Notes: generated by a model from the letters alone, not told the origin. DNA of 64,000 nucleotides from Rhodothermales bacterium (GCA_965261255.1 CBDHCQ010000004.1:3215559-3279558), one strand, 5' to 3'; numbered from the stretch's first letter, positions 8,639-18,022 are shown. Translations and numbers: made by a program.

Positions 8639-10369
8639 TTAAGGTCGTTTAGAGAACTGAACCCGGAGGGTTGTGTTGTCAAGCCAGGGGATTTTCTGAC
8701 GTAATTCGGGGTATCCTGCAGCGATCAGGTAGTTGTCTTTGGCGCGAGCCCGCAACTGGACGAGGATTTCATTGTCTGTGATGGTAACCTTGCCGGTGTG
8801 TCGCATCAGGTCACGATAGATGGTCCGGGCCTCGGCTTTTTCATAGCCTTGCCCGACGCGCACGCCCATGAGTCGATAGAGCACGCTAGCCATGACGGTC
8901 AGTTGCACATCCACGTTGATGCGCAGGGGAACGGCCGAGCTCAACGCATCCATGTGAAAGAAGTCAATGGCATCGCTGATGACATTTTCGATGACCATGC
9001 GCCGGGCATACCGGTCAATCAGTTGCCGGGGCGTGCGTTTCATCTGGTTGGTAATCAAAACCGTCGGCTTGTCATGTCCTAAGTTTTTGACAAGAAGTTG
9101 CCGAAGGGGCTTGGGATAAGCACGCAATTTGACGATTTCATCCACGACACTTGGGGTCCGATACGCGCGCCCAATGTTGGAGAGTCGGATTTTCTTCCAG
9201 GCCGACTTATCCAGGGAATGAATGCGTTGGATCAAGGCGGCGTGACGGCGGCGCAGCGTGATAAAGTCAATGCCGAGCGCATCCAGTTCAGCCAAGTTGG
9301 CATAGATCGTAAACCGACTGTCAAAGACCAGTTCCCCGGGGACCTTTCCCGTTCGGGCTTTCCAATCTCTGACAAACTCCAGAATGGCATCATTCTGGGT
9401 TTCTTTTCGGATCGTCGCATTCGCGTAACAGAAGACCTGTGCTCCGGCATCGCGCGCCAACATGGTGAGGATGCCGCGTTGGCGTCGGCTCCGCTTGGAG
9501 ACATAGTGTTTCTGCAAAAGGGCCTGATGCCCATGATAGGGGATGGTATGGAAGTCCAGGTCCACGGAGGCGCCTGTTCCGGTCACATTCGCCAGCAGTG
9601 CAGCGGCATGATACCACCGGTGCATCAAGGGTTCCGAAAAGGTTGAATCCACCTGGATGGAGTACTCGGTCAAAGTCGTGCGTTTGGGGATGACATTGAG
9701 GCCGGTAAACAATGCGAGGCCCTGATCCAGCGTTTCGGCCATGACCTGGGAAGGGCGCCCGATCCCGGCGAGTTTCAAGGCCAGGAGTGAGCGCACCGCA
9801 CAACCGGCCGGGATCATACGGGTCCCCGGCATCTTCACCTGATCCAGAATTTCGTCAAGCCCCATTTGGGCCAGGTCAAAGGCGAACAAAAACAATCCTG
9901 CAAAATCGGTCGAAAAGGATCGCGGACTGAGATCAAGTTTTTTGCGGTCTGCTTTGAGGGTTCTTGGAGTAGGTTGCTGGATAGATCGACGGGGCAGGCG
10001 CTTGATGTTTTCCTGGTTAAAGACCTTATGGATGTAGCCCACGCTGGCCGACATGTTTTCCTTTTTCAGAACCTCCTGAATCTGATAGAGGCTCAAGCCC
10101 TGTTCTTTTCGGAGGGCAAGAATCCGACTACGTTTGGGATCAGACGGCTTAACGCTGGGTTCGGCTTTTTTTAATGGGGGCCAAAAGAAGTCTGCGGACG
10201 GGTTTCTGTTGAAGCGTGTGAGGAGGTTTCGGAAGGAGCCGGAGGTATAGCCACCGCGTTTGGCGGCTTCTTCAATGGTGCATCCTTCGTGGAGATAGGC
10301 TCGGAGGGCTTCATACTGACGCATGTGGAGGCCCTCGGGCCGTACAAAGAAATCGGAGCGTCGACTCAT
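8639..10369 (-). CDS. DDE transposase, IS4-superfamily-like; exact family not determined
   Basis: Candidate DDE residues are in VDLDFHTIPYHG, ELVFDSRFT and YARRMVIE (the Y-x2-R-x3-E signature). The N-terminus is HTH-like (MRQYEALRAYLHEGCTIEEAAKRGG). I chose the ATG at 10369; the 41-aa hydrophobic extension to 10492 in the ORF track is discounted. Confidence 0.75.
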   Translation of the reverse strand: MSRRSDFFVRPEGLHMRQYEALRAYLHEGCTIEEAAKRGGYTSGSFRNLLTRFNRNPSADFFWPPLKKAEPSVKPSDPKRSRILALRKEQGLSLYQIQEVLKKENMSASVGYIHKVFNQENIKRLPRRSIQQPTPRTLKADRKKLDLSPRSFSTDFAGLFLFAFDLAQMGLDEILDQVKMPGTRMIPAGCAVRSLLALKLAGIGRPSQVMAETLDQGLALFTGLNVIPKRTTLTEYSIQVDSTFSEPLMHRWYHAAALLANVTGTGASVDLDFHTIPYHGHQALLQKHYVSKRSRRQRGILTMLARDAGAQVFCYANATIRKETQNDAILEFVRDWKARTGKVPGELVFDSRFTIYANLAELDALGIDFITLRRRHAALIQRIHSLDKSAWKKIRLSNIGRAYRTPSVVDEIVKLRAYPKPLRQLLVKNLGHDKPTVLITNQMKRTPRQLIDRYARRMVIENVISDAIDFFHMDALSSAVPLRINVDVQLTVMASVLYRLMGVRVGQGYEKAEARTIYRDLMRHTGKVTITDNEILVQLRARAKDNYLIAAGYPELRQKIPWLDNTTLRVQFSKRP

Positions 10370-10673
10370 TGTATATCGTGAACAATGAAATAATAGCCGA
10401 TATAATAACGGCAACACTAAAAAACAAACGACCAGGCCTGGATAAATTAAAAAACCCAGCAAAATCAATGAAATAGGGGAGGAAATGCCCAATTAAGCCG
10501 CAATGAGCAAGGATTGAGCCGGGACAGCTCGGTGGGAACGTCAGAACGGGATACATTCTATAATATTGGAATACTGTTCATAAGTTCACACAAAAATATG
10601 AATACAGATGTAAAAAGGCCATTTTCAGGCCTTATTCATAGAATTTTATGTGAAATTGGGCCTGACTAAAACT

Positions 10674-10692
10674 CCCCGGAAATTCAGGCTAG
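10674..10692. repeat. IS terminal inverted repeat (transposase 5' side)
   Basis: See the mobile element 8601..10692. Confidence 0.7.
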
Positions 10693-10746
10693 TGTCGCGC
10701 CGGCAATCAAGAGAATCGTGATAATTCGGAGCGTGTTGCGGTTCAT
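10693..10746 (-). pseudogene. Truncated start (signal peptide only) of a paralog of the 11033..12058 gene, cut off at the IS end
   Basis: MNRNTLRIITILLIAGAT aligns with MNRMTLLIIKILLIACST of the neighbouring gene. The reading frame runs straight into the IS inverted repeat and stops. Confidence 0.6.
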
Positions 10747-10836
10747 TGCGCGAAGGTTAGCTTGATTGAAACTACGTTGTGTCCAGTTGGATGAACCATT
10801 CTCCATATAAAGCATCGGCAGGAGGCTATTCATTAC
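10693..10836. repeat. Roughly 145-bp duplicated module (5' UTR/promoter plus signal-peptide codons), copy A
   Basis: Aligns by eye at roughly three quarters identity with 12005..12150. Shared blocks include GGCAATCAAGAGAATC, TGCGGTTCATTGCGCGAAGG and GCATCGGCA. Confidence 0.7.
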
Positions 10837-11032
10837 GGTAGCCTCCCTCAGGTTTGAAACAGGCACTTCTCCCCACTCCCACGTGCATTCGCCCCCTTCG
10901 TCTTCACAATAGGCACGGATGCAATCCATTCATATTACCGGCAGACTGCTTTCCCCAAACAATCAACTCTCGCGAATGTGGAGTCTCCCACGCGGGCTAC
11001 CTCTTGTTCGGCTTTTATGGAAGACAACATAA

Positions 11033-12058
11033 TTACCTGGATCGAGGTGAGATAAACTGATAGACATCGAGCATTGGATTGGGCAACTCACCACGGCTGT
11101 CAAAGTCAGGTTGAACCATAGTGTAAACGACCCCATTTCCTCCATGCCAGAATAGTGTATTCAGGCCGAGTTCCTCAGCAAGCAGCACACCATCCTTAGT
11201 GAAAACCTGATATCCGGTTCCATTATCACGGTCAAAATACTGAACCATGATGGTCTCATCAGTGAGTTCGAAAAAACTCCATATGGTCGTACCCCGAAGA
11301 TCCTTCATGGCTGAAAAAACTTGCGTATAATCAGCCGGTAAATCTTTATTGAGTGAACGGAACCATGAATTACGCTCGGAGATTCTATCTACCAGTTTGC
11401 CGTTCGGATCTAATTTCAGTATATCAAGAGTGCCGGCGGATGCGTAGAAGATATGTGTTCCATCAGCAATGAGGCCACCTTGATCAAAGCGAGCTTCGGC
11501 GTTGGGAAACTTAACCGGCGGCAATGGAAATTCCTCAAGTACTTTTCCAGCGGAGTTCATACGCATCAATTTTCTCTTTGACCGAATTCGCACACCGTAG
11601 ATTATTCCGTCTGGATCAACGTCAAAGAAATCAGTGCTCGCGTAATTGGGATCTGCACGTCCCAGGCATGCTCCTTCAGCCGTGAATTGGTAGCCCCAAT
11701 AGCCTGCCGAACCGTTTTCGACGAAAATGAATTCATCATTCCCAAACTTAGCAGCGCTAGGATCGAAAGGAAACGCCGGATGACAAGTTGATGGATCCAG
11801 CGAAGCTTGCAGTGTACCAGTTGAGTCAAACAATAAGGTTTGCTTGCCCACCCAGTCGGTTATGAGCAATCGACCATTTGAATCAACATCAATGTGCTCA
11901 ATAGTAGCAATTAGCAGCGTATCTGGACCATCAAACTTGATCGTGCGAATTCTCTCAAAATGCTTGAACTGGAAAGGTGGTATCTCCTGTGCGTATATGT
12001 CAAGTGTCGAGCAGGCAATCAAGAGAATCTTGATAATCAGAAGCGTCATGCGGTTCAT
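11033..12058 (-). CDS. Secreted or lipoprotein-type 6-bladed beta-propeller-like protein (hypothetical)
   Basis: The 341-aa ORF has an N-terminal signal-like segment MNRMTLLIIKILLIACSTLDIYAQ. Repeated G-x-L/I hydrophobic strand patterns fit a propeller fold. I recognised no catalytic motif. Confidence 0.5.
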   Translation of the reverse strand: MNRMTLLIIKILLIACSTLDIYAQEIPPFQFKHFERIRTIKFDGPDTLLIATIEHIDVDSNGRLLITDWVGKQTLLFDSTGTLQASLDPSTCHPAFPFDPSAAKFGNDEFIFVENGSAGYWGYQFTAEGACLGRADPNYASTDFFDVDPDGIIYGVRIRSKRKLMRMNSAGKVLEEFPLPPVKFPNAEARFDQGGLIADGTHIFYASAGTLDILKLDPNGKLVDRISERNSWFRSLNKDLPADYTQVFSAMKDLRGTTIWSFFELTDETIMVQYFDRDNGTGYQVFTKDGVLLAEELGLNTLFWHGGNGVVYTMVQPDFDSRGELPNPMLDVYQFISPRSR

Positions 12059-12150
12059 TGCGCGAAGGATAGCTTGGGGTTGAAAACTAAACCAGGTTCA
12101 GTCGGACGAAACCACTTTCCATACACAGCATCGGCAAGAAACTATTAATT
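12005..12150. repeat. Roughly 145-bp duplicated module, copy B (functional gene start)
   Basis: See 10693..10836. Confidence 0.7.
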
Positions 12151-12239
12151 TCAGCTTTGACAGGTTTGCTGTCGAGACGGGGGCTACCGCCCTTTCGGTC
12201 GATGAGGAATCCAGATGTGAGAGAATATGTGTGGTTTTG

Positions 12240-12325
12240 CGCAGAGCAATTCTCGGTTGGTTGGTAGGTGAACTGATGCGAATGTAGCTTAATCGGCTGG
12301 AATAGTCCTACTTTAAGATCCAAAG
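12240..12325. repeat. Roughly 85-bp direct repeat R1 (degenerate copy) downstream of sodC
   Basis: Aligns with 13413..13501 at about 80 percent by eye. Shared blocks are ATTCTCGGTTGGTT, AGGTGAACT, ATGCGAATGTAG and GGAATAGTCCTACT. Confidence 0.75.
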
Positions 12326-12398
12326 TTGCACATCAACCGTGCATCCTTGTCTGACAGGACTCCGACCCCGATACGCCGTAAACTTGATGAGGGTTGGA

Positions 12399-12914
12399 CT
12401 ACATCCCTATGTTCGGCACCACCCCGCAGGCCACCCGCGCGCCGCCACCACCAAGTGCCGCGGGCGTGTCGGAATAGTTGTCGCCGCCTGCGTGAATCAT
12501 CAGCGAACGGCCGTCAAGATCGCGCACCCTCACTCGGGGAGCGACCACCGGAGTGGTCGCGGCACCGGAAGAGTTGGCCGACAACGTCGGCAGGTCTCCG
12601 AGATGACCGTTCCCGTTGGGACCTTCGTGACGCCCGGTATTCTGCGGGTCGTAGTGCCCGCCCGCGTCCTGTCCGGCCATCCCGCAATTGGGGTTTACAT
12701 GCACATGGAACCCGTGCTCGCCGGGAGTGAGGCCAGTCAGATTCGGCGTAAAGCGCGCACCATCGGCCGTCTGCTCAACCCGAATAGAACCTACTGACGC
12801 TCCGGCCGCAGTTTCCGAGATGTTTACTACCACTGACTCGTCCGGCGACACCGGATCGTCGCAACCAACGAGTCCCAGTCCCACCACGAGCAAGCCAAGG
12901 ATCGCCCTGCGCAT
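12399..12914 (-). CDS. sodC: Cu/Zn superoxide dismutase, lipoprotein-type signal
   Basis: HGFHVHVNPNCG, GGHYDP, HLGDLP and GGGGARVACGVV are classic Cu/Zn-SOD motifs. I chose the ATG at 12914 (MRRAILGLLVVGLGLVGC lipobox) rather than the ORF-track start at 13103. Confidence 0.85.
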   Translation of the reverse strand: MRRAILGLLVVGLGLVGCDDPVSPDESVVVNISETAAGASVGSIRVEQTADGARFTPNLTGLTPGEHGFHVHVNPNCGMAGQDAGGHYDPQNTGRHEGPNGNGHLGDLPTLSANSSGAATTPVVAPRVRVRDLDGRSLMIHAGGDNYSDTPAALGGGGARVACGVVPNIGM

Positions 12915-13412
12915 TATGCCGATTGGAGTTTTCTTCTGAGCAGTCACGCGATCTCCCAGTCCTGGGGCGCATGTTCGAAGCGGTTCAGCGTACCCTTGCC
13001 CGACAGCCCTTGTACCCTCCGACGTGAAGCTCCAATCTGTACGTTTTATTAGCCACAATGGAGGCCTGTAGGTTCGTTTCCACAGCGTTGCTTTGCTAAA
13101 CATTTCTCGGCAGTTTTATCGTCTGGAACTATCCCCAGGAGCCTAATTTATGTATTTCACTGGTAGAGTATAGCTCTCAGTGACTAGGAACAGCTTATGA
13201 GGCGCTATGTTTTTCGCAATGCGCATCAGAATGTACAACTTGGCTTGTGGAGAAGCAACTTGGCGGCGTCGACGACTAGTCAGTCTGGTCTTCGCGTATT
13301 TTGAGCCCTGGAGGGTTGTAACGCATTGTAGACGTACGACACGATCGCCTTATTGTGCACATTCATGCCGACGACTGTGGGAAATCCAGATGCGGAAGAA
13401 TCTGTTCAGTGT

Positions 13413-13501
13413 CGCATAGAGCCATTCTCGGTTGGTTTAAAAGGTGAACTCATGCGAATGTAGTTCACCCAGCCGGAATAGTCCTACTATGGGATCTAAA
13501 G
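13413..13501. repeat. Roughly 85-bp direct repeat R2, covering the last two codons, the stop and the terminator of lysC-lysA
   Basis: See 12240..12325. R2 retains the intact hairpin. Confidence 0.75.
13439..13469 (-). terminator. Rho-independent terminator candidate for lysC-lysA
   Basis: On the minus strand, GGTGAACT, an 11-nt loop and AGTTCACC form a perfect 8-bp stem followed by TTTT. It sits about 27 nt after the stop codon. Confidence 0.5.
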
Positions 13502-16057
13502 AATCACCTCTGTTGCGGGCTCGCGCATATTATAGCTGGAGGACATTACCCGGCCGTAAGCACCCGCCATAGCAATGAGCAAAACATCTCCCTCTACGGT
13601 TTCGGGGAGTCTGCGGGAGCGTCCAATAATGTCGCCGGTCTCGCATATAGGACCAACAATGTCAGCTGTGATGGTTGCGGGCTCGTGCAGCCGCGTTAGG
13701 TTAACTATTCGATGATAGGATCCGTAAAGTGCGGGCCTGATCAGTGAATTCATACCCGTATCCACGCCTACATAACATGCAGGACCTTTCCGTTTGACCT
13801 GTGTGACGCGTGCCAAGAGCACCCCGGTCTCTGCAACGAGGTATCTGCCGGGTTCTATCCAGAGTTCAAATTGGGGATAGGTTTCCCGGAATCGTAACAG
13901 GCTTTCCTCCAAAGCGACAAGATCCAGCGGTGTGGCACCCGGCTTTTCCGGCACACCGAGGCCCCCACCCACATTCAAGTAGGTAACCTCAGGAAATGCC
14001 TCCGCGCATGAAGCCAGTGCGTACGCGGTGGAACTCCAGGTATCCGGCGTCAGAATGCCGCTGCCGACATGTGCGTGCAGACCTACAACCTGGATGTTAT
14101 GTGCTTCTGCAATCCGCCGAACATCTGGGAGATCATCCGGCGTGATCCCAAATTTCGAGGTCAATCCAGCAGTGCGTACATGCCGGTGGTGACCACGACC
14201 ATACCCAGGATCAAGACGCAACGTGACAGCACGATGCGCAAAGACATCGGGCCAAAGCTCCAGTGCCCGTACATTGCCCACTGTCACATGGCCCGCGAGC
14301 TCGTAGCCCATTACAAATTCTTCTTTTGCCACAAAGTTGGGCGTAAACAGGATGCGCTCGGAATCAATGTCAGGAAACAGCTTCCGAACGTAATGAAGCT
14401 CACCGGGAGACACACACTCGAAACCGATACCGCGCTCATGTATAGCCTGCAGTACCTGCGGATTCCAGCAGGCTTTCATCGCATAGAAGCAGCGGTCAGC
14501 ACTCTTAAGCGTCTGCACACGGGTTACGGTGTCGTGCAGGTTGGCCAGGTTATAAGCGAAGCACGGCGCGGACGCAGTTGCCGCTTCGAGCAATTGCGTG
14601 CGCAGGGTTTTCCACCAGGGCGTAGCTATGGCAGCGTCTGGAGATTCAAACAGTTCACGATACGTAGAACCAAATAGCTGATCCGGTCCAATCTGGCCAA
14701 AAATCTGGCTGTGCAGCTTGTTCGTCAGACGTTGCGCGTGCGCATTGTCTACCACAAAAGTAAAGTTCAGGTCGCTGGCGGCCTGCGTCACCAAGTACAG
14801 TTTTTGTTCGTCAAGGACCTCAAGCGCAGGCCCAAGTTCGTGCAGTACACTCCGGATATTTCGTCCCACCAGACTAACTGCGGCGCAGCCACTGATACGT
14901 TTTGCCCGACAAAAACTGTTCAGATTGTCAAGAAGGGCATCAATAGTAGATTCTTCAAGCGGTAATCCATATACCGGATCAATCGAAATCGTAACATTGG
15001 TTTCTGAAGTGGCCACCATTCCTATGGAAAGGCTCTGCCGTTCAAATGCGCTGCATACCTTCGCCAGGAATCCTACCGAATGCCACATTCGCGGTGTTTC
15101 GACGGCAATCAGCGTCAGGTCTGTACGCGCAGCAATTGCTTTCACCTGCGCGCCGTAACTCTCGACACCTGAACCAATTACAGTTCCTTCAAGATCAGGG
15201 TTGGCGGTTGAGCGAACGTGGAGAGGAATCTTCTGTGCACGCAAAGGGTCGATACAGCGTGGATGCAGCACTTCGGCGCCAGAGCTGGCCAACTCTTGCG
15301 CCTCATCGTACTCAAGTTGCTTAAGTAGGCGCGCACCGGGCACATGACTCGGGTCGGCTGTAAACATTCCGGGCACGTCGGTCCAGATTTCCAGACGCAC
15401 GGCATCTAGTTTGCCGGCAATATATGACGCCGAAGTATCCGATCCACCCCAGCCCAGCAGCACTGTTCTACCACGGGCATCACTGGCAATAAAACCTTGC
15501 GTTATGAACACATCCGCAGCAATCTTTTGAAGTTCAGGATCGGGTGCGTGGTCGCATTGTGCCGAAAGAAACTCTTCGTGCGGCAGAATCCCTGCGAACG
15601 TTTCCGACGTGAGAACTTTGCGTGCATCAACCCAGTCAGTCTGAATCCCCTGAACCTTGAGGAATGCTGCGCCGAGCGTCGTACTCATGAGTTCGCCTAT
15701 GGACAGGATTCGAGCGTGCAACGCTGGTCCAACATCACGAGTCAGGGATATGCCGTACGCGAGACGCTCGAGCTCTTGGAAAAACTCATCCAACAGTTCC
15801 TGACCATCTACTCCGAGTTCTTCGGCAAGCGTGCAATGCCGATCACGAATAGCCTTCAGGACTCCTTCGTGTGTGCCCTGCACTGCCACCTCAATGAGCT
15901 CTTCAAGAGCTCGAGATATTCCAGACACAGCCGAGCACACCAGACCTACGCGTTCGTTATCTGCTCTGCGTGTATGGATGATACGCGCGATCGTGTCCCA
16001 GCATTCTCGTGAAGAGACACTCGTTCCTCCAAATTTTATTACTACCCAGGGATCCAT
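13496..16057 (-). CDS. lysC-lysA: Bifunctional aspartate kinase / diaminopimelate decarboxylase
   Basis: The N-terminus VVIKFGGTSVSS is an aspartokinase motif. The C-terminal half has the PLP-lysine context FYAMKACWNP and the EPGRYLV and GAYG motifs of DAP decarboxylase. I chose the ATG at 16057. Confidence 0.85.
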   Translation of the reverse strand: MDPWVVIKFGGTSVSSRECWDTIARIIHTRRADNERVGLVCSAVSGISRALEELIEVAVQGTHEGVLKAIRDRHCTLAEELGVDGQELLDEFFQELERLAYGISLTRDVGPALHARILSIGELMSTTLGAAFLKVQGIQTDWVDARKVLTSETFAGILPHEEFLSAQCDHAPDPELQKIAADVFITQGFIASDARGRTVLLGWGGSDTSASYIAGKLDAVRLEIWTDVPGMFTADPSHVPGARLLKQLEYDEAQELASSGAEVLHPRCIDPLRAQKIPLHVRSTANPDLEGTVIGSGVESYGAQVKAIAARTDLTLIAVETPRMWHSVGFLAKVCSAFERQSLSIGMVATSETNVTISIDPVYGLPLEESTIDALLDNLNSFCRAKRISGCAAVSLVGRNIRSVLHELGPALEVLDEQKLYLVTQAASDLNFTFVVDNAHAQRLTNKLHSQIFGQIGPDQLFGSTYRELFESPDAAIATPWWKTLRTQLLEAATASAPCFAYNLANLHDTVTRVQTLKSADRCFYAMKACWNPQVLQAIHERGIGFECVSPGELHYVRKLFPDIDSERILFTPNFVAKEEFVMGYELAGHVTVGNVRALELWPDVFAHRAVTLRLDPGYGRGHHRHVRTAGLTSKFGITPDDLPDVRRIAEAHNIQVVGLHAHVGSGILTPDTWSSTAYALASCAEAFPEVTYLNVGGGLGVPEKPGATPLDLVALEESLLRFRETYPQFELWIEPGRYLVAETGVLLARVTQVKRKGPACYVGVDTGMNSLIRPALYGSYHRIVNLTRLHEPATITADIVGPICETGDIIGRSRRLPETVEGDVLLIAMAGAYGRVMSSSYNMREPATEVIL

Positions 16058-16717
16058 AATCGCTCGCCCGGTTTCATGAATGAGACACACCCGATCAATG
16101 CAGTTGATTTAGTATCCGCAGCGGGCAATATCATCGAATGGTATGCCTCAACTTATGTTTTGGCCGCTGCTTTCCAGACATGTTCAACGTTCGGCGGCCC
16201 GAACTGTGCAACTCTGTGCAATTGCAGATCACGAAGTTCAAAAATCGGCTCTAACCGGGTGCAGCGGCGGCCCGGTTTACTGGATCAACAAAACGAATCC
16301 GCTCACTTGAGGGCCATAAGTTAATAGTTAACCTGATTTCGAATGAATCACGGGTATTGGACAACTCATTAACGCTTCATTGATCGTCAGAACGACACCC
16401 ATGAAGTCTGCGCAGATCACTCCGATCATCGGGTTTCCTCTCGCCACCAACAACACGACCCCGCATTACTCAACTCACAATCGAAGATCTGCTCCACCAA
16501 GAAAAACAATCTTCCGGAACGTGATTTTAGTATCCCTCAATCCTGTCATCCCGGCCGTAAGAGCGCACTGGTATGGATGTGCCCTCCGGCCACCTAAAGC
16601 ATCCGCTGACATCTGAAATGGAATCCATGTGTTATGGAAACATGTGCTATAGCCAAACTTGCAGGTCAAGCGCTCCAGGTCCAGGGACTCACAGTCATGT
16701 TTTTTTAACGCCCCAGG

Positions 16718-18022
16718 TTAATCTTCGGATATAGTCTGTGGCAATGGCGGCATACGGTCCAGTACACCCTGCAGCTTGGTCTTCGCTCTGCGGGCACGTT
16801 CATCCAGTCTGGTATCCTCCAATGCTTGTAATTCACCGGGATCCTCGGACCAGTTGACGAATTTGCCGTCTCCGTATAGTTTCCAAGTGCGGTCCTGGGC
16901 CCATCGCGCAGGCGCAAATCGCCCCCATCGTGGATCATAATGACAGTATATCCACTCGCGTGTCGTATCGGCCTGACCGATTAGTTGACCGTAAAAACTC
17001 AGTCCATCTGCAGTAAAATCATCTGGAACAGCACTGCCCGCCGCATCTAGCATGGTCGGCAGAAAATCTGTAAAGTCAACTAGAGCGTCATTGATTACAC
17101 CCTGTTCAATGGTACCGGGCCAATATGCAATCAACGGCACACGAGTTCCTGCTGCTACGGGATAGGCTTTCCTACCCCGAATCAGACCTGTTTCGTGCTG
17201 CGATGACACATTCCGATGCGTTCCATTGTCTGTCGTAAACAGAACCAATGTTTGCCGGTCAAGCCCCAGCTCATGCAGTTTGCCCGTTATGCGGCCAACC
17301 AATTTGTCCACATAATTTACCATGGCACCAAAATAAGCAGTATTGCTGCGCGCCCTGGTGACATCTAGGCTATCAAAATCGTGATGACCCGGCGGTGGCA
17401 AAAAAGGATCATGCGGTAAGGCCATCGGGAAATACAAGAAGAACGGTTCGTTCTGGTGTCGCTCAAAAAAGTCCTCAATGTAATCGGTGTATAGATCCGG
17501 TCCATAAGCACCGGGAAATACTTCCGGCATCTGTCCGGCATAATGTACTGTGGGTGATTTGTAGCGACTGCCGCGCTCAATGAACTGCCAAAGTGCAAAC
17601 TCCTCAAAGCCCGCTTCCTGCGGGGTTGAGCCGCCACGTCCGGCTAGCTCCCGCTGCTGTGCATTACCATACAGCTGCCACTTGCCCGCAATTCCTGTTG
17701 AGTAACCGACATCGTGCAGCAAATGGGCAAACGTCCGCTCAGCCGGATCAAGCAGACCAAATCCAATATAGTTGCGGAAATTGTACTTACCGGACATCAG
17801 CTGCACCCTGGTGGGGGTGCACAGGGGCGTGGAGAAAGCCTGGGTGAAACGCATGCCATGTTGGGCGAGCGAATCCAAATGTGGCGTATCGTAGCTCAAA
17901 CCGCCGTTAACTCCCAACGTCTCGTAACCCATATCGTCTGCCATGATTAGCACGATATTGGGTGGAGGCTCGGTCGCGCAGGCAGCAGTGAATAACAGTA
18001 AAACCAGTAGATAAATTCTCAT
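16718..18022 (-). CDS. Sulfatase (formylglycine-dependent, arylsulfatase A family)
   Basis: Signal or lipoprotein start MRIYLLVLLLFTAAC, the IVLIMADDMGY motif, and the C-T-P-T-R sulfatase signature. Confidence 0.85.
   Translation of the reverse strand: MRIYLLVLLLFTAACATEPPPNIVLIMADDMGYETLGVNGGLSYDTPHLDSLAQHGMRFTQAFSTPLCTPTRVQLMSGKYNFRNYIGFGLLDPAERTFAHLLHDVGYSTGIAGKWQLYGNAQQRELAGRGGSTPQEAGFEEFALWQFIERGSRYKSPTVHYAGQMPEVFPGAYGPDLYTDYIEDFFERHQNEPFFLYFPMALPHDPFLPPPGHHDFDSLDVTRARSNTAYFGAMVNYVDKLVGRITGKLHELGLDRQTLVLFTTDNGTHRNVSSQHETGLIRGRKAYPVAAGTRVPLIAYWPGTIEQGVINDALVDFTDFLPTMLDAAGSAVPDDFTADGLSFYGQLIGQADTTREWIYCHYDPRWGRFAPARWAQDRTWKLYGDGKFVNWSEDPGELQALEDTRLDERARRAKTKLQGVLDRMPPLPQTISED

Larger units (their letters stand above)
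8601..10692 (-). mobile_element. 2092-bp insertion sequence with one DDE transposase gene and 19-bp imperfect TIRs; no target duplication seen
   Basis: CTAGCCTGAATTCCCGCGG at 8601..8619 matches the reverse complement of 10674..10692 (CTAGCCTGAATTTCCGGGG), 17/19. The flanks (ACTATGGG on the left, TGTCGCGC on the right) are unrelated. Confidence 0.75.

Noticed and set aside
10370-10492. 41-aa hydrophobic N-terminal extension of the transposase ORF
   Set aside because: The extension does not resemble a transposase N-terminus. The internal ATG at 10369 precedes the HTH-like region. The same reasoning trimmed sodC (to 12914), lysC-lysA (to 16057), tolC, thiL, the DUF3078 gene, the metalloprotease and the RecQ-like gene.
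14069-15158. Plus-strand ORFs (202, 146 and 84 aa) across lysC-lysA
   Set aside because: They are antisense to a gene with clear aspartokinase and DAP decarboxylase motifs. I saw no independent coding signal.
16058-16400. Lysine (L-box) riboswitch call upstream of lysC-lysA
   Set aside because: Only short motif fragments are present. I could not build the P1 to P5 architecture or find the ACTGTCA and GGAGAGC elements. It is kept only as a low-interest finding to be tested with a covariance model.
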